DNA from: Allobaculum fili
GTDB lineage: Bacteria; Bacillota_I; Bacilli_A; Erysipelotrichales; Erysipelotrichaceae
Length of the DNA: 32,000 nt
Reading direction: 5' to 3'
Assembly (NCBI RefSeq): GCF_020969955.1
Contig: NZ_JAHDSX010000023.1
Location: forward strand, 1 to 32,000
Of the stretch, positions 16,355 to 25,893 are shown piece by piece. Numbering within the stretch: the stretch's first letter is position 1; every line of letters starts with the position of its first letter. Made by a program: the position numbers and the translations under genes. A model generated the notes under the pieces. That model saw only the letters and a list, made by a program, of their open reading frames with translations. It made no database searches and had not been told where the DNA came from.

Positions 16355-17200
16355 ATGGCAATTTATAAGTGTGCCCCGCAGTCGGTTGTGGAATCGAGTG
16401 CAGCCAAGGACGCAAGACTGCTGAGCGTCAGCCGTCAGAATCTGGATGAACAGGCCTTTTTCCTGTTTTCCGGTACGCCGGAAACGTCTTCGATTCTCGT
16501 GAATACCGAGCTGGCGGGTCTTTCCGTTTACGACTGGTATTCCCGCCAGGACGAAAAGACGCTGGGCAAGAAGTCCAGACCGTATTTGTATGTCCCGTTT
16601 GAAATCGAAAAAATCAGCGCGCCCCAGGACGGCTCGGTCATCATCAACAACGAAGAAAACGAAGCGATCGTCTATACGATGGAAGCGCCGGCTGAACAAG
16701 TGATCTATTTCAATAAGACAGAAGCCCTGAGTCTTCCGGGCGATCACGCGGGTTTTGAACCGGCTTCCCTTCAGAACGATTTTCTGGCGTGGCCGACCGA
16801 GCCGGGCAGCGTGTTCGCGTTTAATCCGGGTCTGACTCTGGTCCTGACCGCACCGGCGTTTGTGCTCATGTTCAGTTCGCTGCTTAAAGGCGACGGCACC
16901 CAGCCGAAAATCGCCGATGAGGGCAAGACGTTTTACGTGAAGGACGGTCAGGCGAAAAATTCGCTGATCGGCTACACGTCCGTTTTTAAAATCGATAAAT
17001 GCGAACTCGACGGCTCGATCGTTCTTTCCACAACGGATGAGAGCTATCAGATTCTGCTTCTGATCGGCGGCGAAGCCGTGATCAGCCAGAAAGACGAAGT
17101 CATTCACGCCCAGGCTGGCACAGCCGTTCTGATTCCGGCCAACGAAGAAAATGTGGTTGTGACCGGAAACGCGCAGTTTGTCAGCCTGCAGCTGCTCTAA
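16355..17200 (+). CDS. hypothetical protein with a cupin / PMI-like C-terminal segment
   Basis: 281-aa ORF of ordinary composition, whereas the 371-aa antisense ORF is R/F-rich. AGGAAG lies upstream and a terminator at 17264-17290. The C-terminal YQILLLIGGEAVISQKDEVIHAQAGTAVLIPANEENVVVTG resembles the C-terminal barrel of type I mannose-6-phosphate isomerases. I see no Zn-ligand motifs. Confidence 0.6.
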   Translation: MAIYKCAPQSVVESSAAKDARLLSVSRQNLDEQAFFLFSGTPETSSILVNTELAGLSVYDWYSRQDEKTLGKKSRPYLYVPFEIEKISAPQDGSVIINNEENEAIVYTMEAPAEQVIYFNKTEALSLPGDHAGFEPASLQNDFLAWPTEPGSVFAFNPGLTLVLTAPAFVLMFSSLLKGDGTQPKIADEGKTFYVKDGQAKNSLIGYTSVFKIDKCELDGSIVLSTTDESYQILLLIGGEAVISQKDEVIHAQAGTAVLIPANEENVVVTGNAQFVSLQLL

Positions 17201-17263
17201 GACAAAAGCGTACAGGCAAGACGAGACGCCAAAGACGGCAACACTGGAAAACCGATGAAAAAG

Positions 17264-17290
17264 AAAAGGAACCCGCGCGGTTCCTTTTTC
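17264..17290 (+). terminator. intrinsic terminator
   Basis: Stem AAAAGGAACC/GGTTCCTTTT (17264-17273 / 17279-17288) with loop CGCGC, running into TTTTTC. Confidence 0.7.
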
Positions 17291-17389
17291 ACAGGACGAA
17301 GGCCGAAAGCAGCGGACATATTCCGATGCGTACGATCGGGCAGGAGTCCTATGGGGAGCCGTTTGAGGAGATACGGCGGATTTTCTATA

Positions 17390-18460
17390 ATGGGAGCCAT
17401 GAATCAGAATGCCCTGCTGGAATGGTACAAAAACAATCACCGCGAACTTCCGTTTCGCTGCAACCGGGACCCGTATCGAATCTGGGTTTCCGAAATCATG
17501 GCGCAGCAGACCCGCATTGAGGCCATACTTGGCGCGTACGAGCGCTTTATGAACGCCTACGACTCCATCGAAAAGCTTGCCGACGCCGATGACGATGAAT
17601 TGATGAAGCTCTGGCAGGGCCTGGGCTACTATTCGAGAGCTCGCAATCTGAAAAAAGCGGCGCGGCTTTGCGTCGACTGCTATGACGGAAAGCTTCCAAA
17701 AACGAAGGCGGAACTGAAAGCTCTGCCGGGCATCGGCGACTATACCGCCGGCGCCATCGCATCGATTGCCTATGGCGAGCGCGTCAGTGCCATCGATGGA
17801 AACGTCATCCGCGTCTACGCCCGTTATTACGGCCTTGAAGACGATTTTTCGATCGCCAGAAACCGCAAAGGACTCGAAAAGCGCGTCCAGGCCGATCTGC
17901 CCGAAGAAAAATGGATGCCCTTATGGAATCAGGCGCTGATGGAACTGGGCGCTCTGATCTGTACGCCGAAAGCCGCGCGCTGTGCGGACTGTCCGCTTTA
18001 TCCGGACTGCGTAAGCGGCCGCAGCGAAAATCCTCTGCGTCTTCCCGTTCCCAAGCAGAAAGCTGCAAGGCCGCAGGAAAAATTTACAGTGTACGTATGG
18101 TATGCGAAAGACGCGGACGGGTCGATCTGGATTCATCTGCGCAAGCGTCCGGCGTCGGGCCTGCTTGCGGGACTGTATCAGTTTGACGAAGAAAAGCCGG
18201 ATCCCGTTTTGTCTGAACAGCCGCTTGGCGAACACCGCCATCTGTTCAGCCACCGCGAATGGTGCATGGAAGGCGTGCTTGTCGAAACGGAAAAACAGAC
18301 GGATTTTCTGCGGCTGGAAAGCGCCTGCGCAAACTGCTCAATTCCTTCCGCTTTTCTTCCGTTTTTAAAACGCACGCTCAAAATTCTGAAAAAGGAAGAT
18401 ATCCCGCTTCATTTCGGAATGCACAGATCTCAGGAGGTCATACATGGAAAAACTGAATAA
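17390..18460 (+). CDS. mutY: A/G-specific adenine DNA glycosylase
   Basis: LLEWY...R.LPFR, PYRIWVSEIMAQQTR, a helix-hairpin-helix LPGIGDYTAGAI, the 4Fe-4S motif CTPKAARCADCPLYPDC, and a NUDIX-like C-terminal domain. The start is ATG 17390 or 17399. The in-frame upstream part of the track ORF (17255-) spans the preceding terminator. Confidence 0.9.
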   Translation: MGAMNQNALLEWYKNNHRELPFRCNRDPYRIWVSEIMAQQTRIEAILGAYERFMNAYDSIEKLADADDDELMKLWQGLGYYSRARNLKKAARLCVDCYDGKLPKTKAELKALPGIGDYTAGAIASIAYGERVSAIDGNVIRVYARYYGLEDDFSIARNRKGLEKRVQADLPEEKWMPLWNQALMELGALICTPKAARCADCPLYPDCVSGRSENPLRLPVPKQKAARPQEKFTVYVWYAKDADGSIWIHLRKRPASGLLAGLYQFDEEKPDPVLSEQPLGEHRHLFSHREWCMEGVLVETEKQTDFLRLESACANCSIPSAFLPFLKRTLKILKKEDIPLHFGMHRSQEVIHGKTE

Positions 18461-19295
18461 GCCGATCCGAATGGTCGTCTGCGATCTGGATGGCACGCTG
18501 CTCTACAGCACGAAAAAAATTACGGATCGAAACAAGGACGCCATATGCGCGCTGCGAAATCGCGGCGTGAAATTTGGCATCTGCTCCGGCCGTTCGGCGG
18601 TGGCGCTCAAAACGATGCTCGCTTTGTGGGGGATCGATCAGGATGTGGATTTTGTGATCGGCTTTAACGGCGCGATGTATATGGATTCGGCGACCGGAAG
18701 CATCGAAGAAACCGACTGGCTGACGCCCGAAGCGATCGCGCCGGTCATGGAATCTTTAAAAGGCTATCGTCTGGCGATGGCGGAATATCATGGAGACGGG
18801 CTGTATTCAACAGCCGACAATCCGATCGTACGCCAGATGGCCAGACGCAACCGGCTGAGCTTTCACAAAGTCAGACCCGACTGGCTGCTGCGAAACAGTC
18901 TGAAATTCATGGCCGTCGGCATGCCCTGGACCATTTCCCGCTATTTGAAAAGCGGCGAGCCGGCCCGCCTGAAAACCGCCCGCGTATTTCGCTCCGGACC
19001 GTTTTTGCTGGAATTTGTTCATCCGCAGCTTTCCAAGCTGGAAGGCGTCAAAAAGGCGTGCGAGCGCTTTGGCTGTTCGCTGGATGAAGTCGTGACGTTT
19101 GGCAATGACAATAACGATCTGGAAATGTTAGCGGGAACGGTCGGCGTGGCCATGGCCAATGCGCTGCCGGCCATAAAAGAAGCCGCGAAATACGTCACCG
19201 CCTCCAACCGGCACGACGGTACGGCGGTGTTCATGGAAAAGTACATTCTCACCCAGCCTCCCCTGCAGCCGGACAAGCCGGAGTCATCGAAATAA
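18444..19295 (+). CDS. Cof-type HAD-IIB phosphatase
   Basis: VCDLDGTLL (motif I) and [12 protein letters not shown] (motif IV). AGGAGG at 18432-18437. Overlaps the mutY 3' end by 17 nt. Confidence 0.85.
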   Translation: MEKLNKPIRMVVCDLDGTLLYSTKKITDRNKDAICALRNRGVKFGICSGRSAVALKTMLALWGIDQDVDFVIGFNGAMYMDSATGSIEETDWLTPEAIAPVMESLKGYRLAMAEYHGDGLYSTADNPIVRQMARRNRLSFHKVRPDWLLRNSLKFMAVGMPWTISRYLKSGEPARLKTARVFRSGPFLLEFVHPQLSKLEGVKKACERFGCSLDEVVTFGNDNNDLEMLAGTVGVAMANALPAIKEAAKYVTASNRHDGTAVFMEKYILTQPPLQPDKPESSK

Positions 19296-19370
19296 ACCCC
19301 GTCTGGATCGAAACACGGAAGCAGACTGCACAATTCTGAATTGCCCATGCAGGACTTCTTTCCTGAAGAT

Positions 19371-19396
19371 TTGGACATACACATTGGACATACACA
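19371..19396. repeat. perfect 13-nt tandem duplication TTGGACATACACA x2
   Basis: Copies at 19371-19383 and 19384-19396 are identical. The repeat ends 20 nt before the luxS ATG. Confidence 0.9.
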
Positions 19397-19416
19397 AAGG
19401 AATAAGGATTACTGTT

Positions 19417-19896
19417 ATGAAAAAGGAAGATACCATTGAAAGCTTTACGCTCGATCACGACAAGGTGATCGCGCCTTACGTTCGGCTGATCGGCACCGAA
19501 ACCGGTCCGAAAGGCGATGTCATTTCCAATTTTGACGTTCGTCTTACGCAGCCAAACCTCGATTTTATCGACAACGCGTCGCTCCACACGCTTGAGCATC
19601 TGCTCGCCAAATACCTCCGTCCTCAGTTCGACGGCTATATCGACTGCTCGCCTTACGGATGCCGCACCGGCTTCCATCTGCTCGTCTGGGGCGAACCGAC
19701 GAGCGAAGAAGCGGCCAGGGCGCTGAAAAAAGCGCTCGAACAGGTGACGGAAACGACCATCGATCAGGTTCCGGGTCTGCACCGCAAGGAGTGCGGCAAC
19801 TATAGGGAACATTCGCTTGAGGGCGCCAAAGCCTGGGCGACCCGCATTCTCGCACAGGGCATTTCCAGCAACGCCTTCGAGCGCGAAGAAGTCTAG
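19417..19896 (+). CDS. luxS: S-ribosylhomocysteine lyase
   Basis: [24 protein letters not shown] (metal-ligand His/Cys context) and GNYREHSL. I prefer the ATG at 19417, because the track start at 19384 is a TTG inside the tandem repeat. Confidence 0.9.
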   Translation: MKKEDTIESFTLDHDKVIAPYVRLIGTETGPKGDVISNFDVRLTQPNLDFIDNASLHTLEHLLAKYLRPQFDGYIDCSPYGCRTGFHLLVWGEPTSEEAARALKKALEQVTETTIDQVPGLHRKECGNYREHSLEGAKAWATRILAQGISSNAFEREEV

Positions 19897-19938
19897 ACCC
19901 CGGCTTTCCGGAAAAACGAATAAGGAAAATCGAACAGA

Positions 19939-20010
19939 GAAAAAGGAAACGATTCCCTCGCACAGCCGTGTACAGGCAAAGCGGGTCCGTCGTTTCCTTT
20001 TTGTTTTGTA
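19939..20010 (+). terminator. probable luxS terminator (long imperfect stem-loop)
   Basis: GAAAAAGGAAACGA (19939-19952) pairs with TCGTTTCCTTTTT (19990-20002) around a partly paired interior. It runs into TTTTTGTTTTG. Confidence 0.55.
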
Positions 20011-20041
20011 TGGCCCATTGGATGACGTAAGTTTTAAGCAG

Positions 20042-20080
20042 GAAAAGCCTGTCCGTTTCGAGCGCTCGAAACGGGCAGGC
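20042..20080 (-). terminator. intrinsic terminator of the CAP-domain gene
   Basis: 17-bp palindromic stem GCCTGTCCGTTTCGAGC/GCTCGAAACGGGCAGGC (20048-20080, one G-U pair). On the minus strand it is followed by TTTTCC. Confidence 0.7.
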
Positions 20081-20118
20081 GAGAGGTTTATCGAGAATAC
20101 GGAAAAGCGAAAGACCGT

Positions 20119-21417
20119 TTAGTCCGCGAACGGAATGCCGTACCAGGCAATGCCTTCGTCTTTCCAGCCGTTAGCAGTCAGGAAGTCCTGTTCGCGCCTG
20201 CTGGCGGTGTAGTTATGGGAGCCGGCTTTCGCGTTTGGATTGTAGGCCCGGTAAAGCGGCTGCGCGTTTTCCGTATTTTCCGGAGAATACCAGCCGATCT
20301 TTTCGTCTTTCCATCCCTGCGTGATGAGGAAATTTCTTTCCTTTTCGCTCATCGTGTAGTGATGATCGCCCGCGTTTTCGTTGTAGAGACGATAAACCGG
20401 CTTGCCGCTGCTGGCGGCCAGCCAGCCGATGCCTTCATACCACCAGCCGGCTTCAATCAGCGCGTTGCGCTCTCTGAGCACGGCGGTATAGAAGTGTTCG
20501 CCGGAGTTTGGATTGTACATGCGAAACATGATCTGCGTGTTTTCCGGGGTCTTTGGAAGATAGGCACCCTCTACAGCGTTCTGCGCATACTGCTGCAGCT
20601 GCGCGCGGATCTGATCGGTCGTATAGACGGGTTCGCCGTTCGGGCTGTACTGGAAGACCTGACCAAAAACGGACCGGTATCCGGTACGGTTGTTTGTGCC
20701 GACCGCAAAACCGGTGACGGTATAGTCCTTGTTTACGATGTTCTGATAGTGGCCGCCATTGGATGGCTTTTCCAGCGTGTACCAGCCGTAAAACGGATTC
20801 ATGAACTGGCCAAGCGGAACGCCGGGGATCTGTCCCCAGCTCAGGTTTTCGCCCACACTAAAAAGACCGGTATGATCTTCGAGACTGCTGGACGCGTCGG
20901 CCTGCACCATGGAAATGGCCATCAGGGAATACGTTACGCCAAGAGCTGGAAGACCTTCCGAAGCCCGAATCTGGTTGCACTGATCAATATAGTCGAGCGC
21001 CATCCAGAAATGCGGAAGCGTGATGGTGTCGTTGGGATCATCCAGCGAGCCAAGCGTGTTTTCGAGACCGAAAGCCAGAATCGAGGCGGCTGCCGGCGAC
21101 TGCGTCATGAAAAAGCCAAGAACGTCCAGGGCCATCGGGTCCTGATGCCGGTATGGTGCCAGCCACTGGGCGACCGTTTTTGAATCGTAGGGAACCGCGA
21201 TATTGACGTGTGCGATTTCCGGGAGAATGTCTTCATCATACGGGGTATACGCGTCGCTGCTGTCCAGGATGTATGTCTCGCTGCTTTCCTGCTGCATCGG
21301 CTGAAGTTCTGCGGATGCAGACTCTTCGCTTTCCTTAGCCATCACGCTGACGGGCGTGCTCGCGCCAAGAAGCCCGACAAGCGCAAGGACCAGAGCAGAC
21401 TGGATTTTTTTCTTCAT
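20119..21417 (-). CDS. secreted CAP/SCP (PR-1-like) domain protein with three C-terminal YRLYNPN-type (DUF5648-like) repeats
   Basis: I prefer the ATG at 21417 (MKKKIQSALVLALVGLLGASTPVSVMA signal peptide), preceded by AAGGAGGAA. CAP-like motifs GENLSWG and GHYQNIVNKDYTVTGFAVG. The last 137 aa (nt 20122-20532) are three repeats, MYNPNSGEHFYT.. / YRLYNENAGDHHYT.. / YRAYNPNAKAGSHNYT.., each ending GW..EG. Confidence 0.8.
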   Translation of the reverse strand: MKKKIQSALVLALVGLLGASTPVSVMAKESEESASAELQPMQQESSETYILDSSDAYTPYDEDILPEIAHVNIAVPYDSKTVAQWLAPYRHQDPMALDVLGFFMTQSPAAASILAFGLENTLGSLDDPNDTITLPHFWMALDYIDQCNQIRASEGLPALGVTYSLMAISMVQADASSSLEDHTGLFSVGENLSWGQIPGVPLGQFMNPFYGWYTLEKPSNGGHYQNIVNKDYTVTGFAVGTNNRTGYRSVFGQVFQYSPNGEPVYTTDQIRAQLQQYAQNAVEGAYLPKTPENTQIMFRMYNPNSGEHFYTAVLRERNALIEAGWWYEGIGWLAASSGKPVYRLYNENAGDHHYTMSEKERNFLITQGWKDEKIGWYSPENTENAQPLYRAYNPNAKAGSHNYTASRREQDFLTANGWKDEGIAWYGIPFAD

Positions 21418-22281
21418 CTTTTCCTCCTTGTTTCTGCACAGTAAATCCGACGCTTCTGCCATGCGGCGAGACCGGAAAAGCACATGCGGCCGCATTACGC
21501 CAGCCTCATGCCATACACGGTTTCTTCTGTGCAGACTGACCAGCCTATTCTGACACGGATCGCGCCAAATCGAAAACCGCGTGGCATCGCGGCTTCGCAT
21601 TAGAGAAAAGCATTTCTCGTCAGAACCGACGAAAAAACACTCCACCGGTTTAAAGGCAGACAGAAGAGAAAAAACAGGAATCGGATCACGCTCCTGGCGC
21701 ATGTGAAAATTCCCTTCAGACCGATCCATTCGGATAAAGGATTTTTCCGATGTAAAACGTTTTCCGTGTACATTTGGAAAATCGGGTCCGCTTTCCGCAA
21801 AGACGATGGAAAGCTTTCTCGAAAAAATCTTCAAAAGCTCTGTGAAAACGACAGGCTGTCCGGATCCCTTTCGACGACTGAAAAAAACAGTCGGAATCGA
21901 AGGGGGTCCGGGCAGAACCGGCCGCTCTTTTGAGAAGGAAGCATTCAGACTGGTATGACGTTCTCATCCCTTTGAGATGAAACGGGCCGAATGGCGGTAT
22001 AGAAAAATGGAAAAAAGAAGAAACGGATGTATTAAAAAGCGCATGCAGGCTTTTTAAATACGCAAAAATAATGATCCGTAAAGAAGATTTCCAATATTTA
22101 ACGGTGTATTTATGCTGAATAGCGTATGATACTTTTCATTCCTGCAAGCCGTGCTTTTCCTGTAGACTTTCTAGGAAAAATGCGAAAATTTCGGGGAAAA
22201 AGCCGGCAGGGAAAACCCGTACGGATCGGGTTTTCCGGCCGTATCCGCTTTCAATAAGCCATAGAGGTTCATGAGCGGCTA

Positions 22282-22290
22282 TGATAGAAT
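22282..22290 (+). promoter_or_regulatory. extended -10 promoter element upstream of secA
   Basis: TGATAGAAT (TG-N-TAGAAT) lies about 37 nt before the secA ATG. There is no good -35. GAGAGGAG RBS at about 22313-22320. Confidence 0.4.
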
Positions 22291-22326
22291 GAAATGAATT
22301 CGTATGAGATTTGAGAGGAGAAACAC

Positions 22327-24768
22327 ATGGCTCTTTTTGGAGGTCTGTTCTCTGAGGACGCTAGAGAACTGAAAAAACTGGAAAAAACAGCAGATCTCGT
22401 TCTTGCCCGCGAGCAGGAAATGAAGAATCTGTCTGATGATGAACTGAGACATAAAACCGATGAATACCGTGAACGTCTTGCCAAAGGCGAAACGCTTGAT
22501 GATCTTCTGCCGGAAGCCTTCGCGACAGCCCGCGAAGCCGCCAGCCGCGTGATCGGTGAAAAGCCGTTCAAAGTGCAGGTTGAAGGTTCCATTGCGATGC
22601 ATCGCGGCGACATTGCCGAGATGAAAACGGGTGAAGGTAAAACGCTGACAGCCACTATGGCGGTTTACCTGAATGCCCTCGAAGGCAAAGGCGTTCATGT
22701 TATTACCGTCAATGAATACCTCGCCGGACGAGATGCGGCCTGGATGGGCGAAATTTACCGTTTCCTGGGTCTGACCGTCGGCGTAAACAAGCATGAAATG
22801 AGCGAAGCGCAGAAACGAGAAGCGTACAACTGCGACATTACGTACACCACCAACTCCGAACTTGGATTTGACTACCTGCGCGACAACATGGCCCGCCGCG
22901 TCGAAGACCGCGTACAGCGCGGCCTGCACGTCGCCATCGTCGATGAGGTCGACTCCGTTCTGGTCGATGAAGCGAGAACCCCGCTGATTATTTCCGGGGG
23001 TTCGAAAGATACCGCAAACCTCTACATTGCGGCCGACCGCTTCGTAAAGACTCTGACCGCTCCGGAGTATGAATACGACAAGAAAACGAAGGAAAAGGAA
23101 CTGCTTTCCGGCGACTACGACATCGATGAAAAAATCCGTCAGTGCATTCTGACCGACAGCGGTGTAGAAAAAGCCGAAAAGTTCTTCAATGTACCGAACC
23201 TGTACGACCTGAACAATACCCAGCTCGTACACCACATCAACCAGGCGCTGCGTGCCAACTACATCATGACCAAGGACGTGGAATACGTAGTCAGCGATGA
23301 TTCCGAAATCGTCATCGTCGACCAGTTCACCGGACGTACCATGCCGGGACGCGTATTCTCCGAAGGTCTGCACCAGGCCATCGAAGCGAAGGAAAACGTG
23401 CCGATTAAGGAAGAAACGTCTACCCTGGCTACGATTACCTACCAGAACCTGTTCCGTCTGTACGACAAGCTGGCCGGCATGACCGGTACCGCCAAGACCG
23501 AGGAAGAGGAATTCTTAAGCACGTATAACATGCGCGTTATCGTCATCCCGACAAACCGTCCGATCGCCCGTCAGGACCTTCCGGACGAAATCTACGTGCA
23601 CAAGAGCGATAAATACAAAGCGCTCGTTGCCAAAGTCAAGGAACTTTACGAAAAGGGCCAGCCGGTTCTGGTCGGCACCATCGCCGTAGAAGTTTCCGAA
23701 CTGCTTGACAAGATGCTCAATGACGAAGGCATTCCGCACGAAGTGCTGAACGCCAAAAACCACGCGCGCGAGGCGGAAATCATCGCCAAGGCCGGCCGTC
23801 CAAAATCCGTAACGATCGCCACCAACATGGCTGGCCGCGGTACCGACATCAAGCTGACTAAGGAAAGCCGCGAACTCGGCGGTCTGGCTGTTCTCGGTTC
23901 CGAGCGTCACGAATCCCGTCGTATCGACAACCAGCTGCGCGGCCGTTCCGGCCGTCAGGGCGACCCCGGATTCTCCCGCTTCTACGTTTCTCTCGAAGAC
24001 GATCTGATGGTTCGCTTTGGTACCGACAAGCTCAAAAACCTGTTCTCTTCGCTGGGCGAAGGGCAGATTGAGTCCAAACAGGTTACCCGTTCGATTACAA
24101 TGGCTCAGAAGAAGGTCGAAGGCTCGAACTTCGATACCCGTAAAAACGTTCTGGACTACGATGACGTTCTGCGAAGACAGCGTGAAATCATTTACGACCA
24201 GAGAAACAAAGTTCTCGAATCCGACGACGTATCGGATATGGTCAGACTGATGATGGAAAAAGTCATCGAGCAGACGCTCCAGGCGGACCTGTCGGATGAG
24301 CGCAAAGGCGAAGTCGACCTGCCGGAACTCGTCCGTTCCCTCGAAGTGCTCGGCCTGAAAGGCGATCGCGGCTTCCATGTCGAGGAGCTCGAAGGCAAGA
24401 ACTTCAACGAACTCAAGGACTACATTTTCAACCGGGTATGGAAAGAATTCGACGAAGAAATCGATCTCGTCCGTGAACCGTTCAAACGCTACGAAAAGGA
24501 CATCGTTCTGGCCACCATCGACCGCAACTGGGTTGCGCACATCGACCTGATGGAAAAACTGCGCGCCGGCATCGGTCTGCGCAGCTACGCCCAGAACAAC
24601 CCGCTGCAGCAGTACGTGCAGGAAGGCTTTGACATGTTCGAGGAAATGAACCGTCGAATCGACCGCGAAATCGTTTCGAACCTTCTGAAATTCCGCGCGC
24701 CGAAACCGCAGCCGACGAACAAGGTCGAGCAGGTTCGGGAAGCCGCTAAAGAAAGAGTGCAGAAGTAA
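22327..24768 (+). CDS. secA: preprotein translocase ATPase SecA
   Basis: 813 aa with MKTGEGKTL (Walker A), DEVDSVLVDEARTPLIISG, TNMAGRGTDIKL and RIDNQLRGRSGRQGDPG. Confidence 0.97.
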   Translation: MALFGGLFSEDARELKKLEKTADLVLAREQEMKNLSDDELRHKTDEYRERLAKGETLDDLLPEAFATAREAASRVIGEKPFKVQVEGSIAMHRGDIAEMKTGEGKTLTATMAVYLNALEGKGVHVITVNEYLAGRDAAWMGEIYRFLGLTVGVNKHEMSEAQKREAYNCDITYTTNSELGFDYLRDNMARRVEDRVQRGLHVAIVDEVDSVLVDEARTPLIISGGSKDTANLYIAADRFVKTLTAPEYEYDKKTKEKELLSGDYDIDEKIRQCILTDSGVEKAEKFFNVPNLYDLNNTQLVHHINQALRANYIMTKDVEYVVSDDSEIVIVDQFTGRTMPGRVFSEGLHQAIEAKENVPIKEETSTLATITYQNLFRLYDKLAGMTGTAKTEEEEFLSTYNMRVIVIPTNRPIARQDLPDEIYVHKSDKYKALVAKVKELYEKGQPVLVGTIAVEVSELLDKMLNDEGIPHEVLNAKNHAREAEIIAKAGRPKSVTIATNMAGRGTDIKLTKESRELGGLAVLGSERHESRRIDNQLRGRSGRQGDPGFSRFYVSLEDDLMVRFGTDKLKNLFSSLGEGQIESKQVTRSITMAQKKVEGSNFDTRKNVLDYDDVLRRQREIIYDQRNKVLESDDVSDMVRLMMEKVIEQTLQADLSDERKGEVDLPELVRSLEVLGLKGDRGFHVEELEGKNFNELKDYIFNRVWKEFDEEIDLVREPFKRYEKDIVLATIDRNWVAHIDLMEKLRAGIGLRSYAQNNPLQQYVQEGFDMFEEMNRRIDREIVSNLLKFRAPKPQPTNKVEQVREAAKERVQK

Positions 24769-25869
24769 TGGAACTTTTTGAACTGAAACAAATGCTTGCT
24801 ACTCACCTGGAGAAGTTGGACTCTCTGGGTGAGTCGCTTTGACCTGCCATCCAAGGAAAAGCAGATTGAAGACTACGACCGGCAGATGCTGGCGGAAGAT
24901 TTCTGGAGCGATCAGAAAAAAGCCCAGAGCGTAATCCGCAAGCAGAACTCCTTAAAGGACATTGTCACCTCCTATAACGAACTGCGCGCCGACATGGATT
25001 CCGTTTCGGAAGCGTATGACGTGCTCAAGGAAGAGATGGACGAGGATCTGCTGGAAATGGCCTCGGAAGAAATGGAAGAGGCCGCAAAGAAAATGGAAAC
25101 CTTCCAGGTGAAGGTTCTGCTGTCGGGGGAATACGACGATTCCAACGCCATTCTGGAATTCCATCCGGGAGCCGGCGGAACGGAAGCGTGCGACTGGGCG
25201 TCCATGCTCTATCGCATGTACACCCGCTACGCACAGAATAAGGGCTGGAAAGTAACCGTGCTCGACTATCAGGAAGAACAGGAAGCCGGTCTGAAATCGG
25301 CGACCATCCTGATTGAGGGCGAAAAAGCCTACGGCTATCTCAAAGGCGAAAAAGGCGTGCATCGTCTGGTGCGCATTTCGCCCTTCGATGCGGGTGCTCG
25401 CCGTCACACTTCGTTTGCGTCGGTGGAAGTCATGCCGCAGTTTAACGACGACATCGAAATCGAGATCAAGCCGGAAGATCTTCTTGTGGAAACCAAACGC
25501 GCGTCCGGCGCGGGCGGTCAGCACATTAACAAGACCGACTCCGCGATTCGCATGGTCCACCTGCCGACGGGCATCGTGGCGACCTGCCAGTCTGGACGAA
25601 GTCAGATTCAGAACCGTGAAGAAGCCCTGCGCATTTTGAAATCCCGGCTGCTTCAGCTGGAAATCGAAAACCAGCAGAAGAAAATCGCCGAACTGCGCGG
25701 TGAAGTCAAAGCTAACGAATGGGGATCCCAGATCCGTTCGTACGTTCTGCATCCCTACACGATGGTCAAGGACGCAAGAACCGGCTGCGAAACCAGTCAG
25801 GCCCAGAGCGTGCTCGACGGGGATCTGGACGGATTCATCTTCGCTTGGCTGAACTCCCAGGTCAGCTGA
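24768..25869 (+). CDS. prfB: peptide chain release factor 2, join(24768..24839,24841..25869) via programmed +1 frameshift
   Basis: ORF0 MELFELKQMLATHLEKLDSLGESL ends at an in-frame TGA (24840-24842). The +1 frame continues DLPSKEKQIEDY... into a protein carrying SPF (ISPFDA) and GGQ (SGAGGQHINK) motifs. Confidence 0.93.
24827..24843 (+). promoter_or_regulatory. RF2 autoregulatory frameshift site
   Basis: SD-like GGGTGAG (24827-24833), 3-nt spacer TCG, then the slippery CTT TGA C (24837-24843). This is the same architecture as the classical prfB site. Confidence 0.85.
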
Positions 25870-25893
25870 TCGCGAATTTTGTACAAGGCTGTA

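Noticed and set aside
17255-17389. Upstream in-frame extensions offered by the ORF track for mutY. The same applies to nfeD (7704), the ADH (27290), luxS (19384), yigZ (2171), the SAS (13357) and leuD (5573).
   Set aside because: The extensions cover terminators or repeats or use TTG/GTG, are poorly composed, and lack RBSs. Internal ATGs with good SD spacing match the conserved family N-termini.
21418-21834. 139-codon in-frame N-terminal extension of the CAP-domain ORF.
   Set aside because: The composition is R/F/C/S-rich. The strong AAGGAGGAA RBS and the signal peptide begin at the internal ATG (21417), and a signal peptide must be N-terminal.
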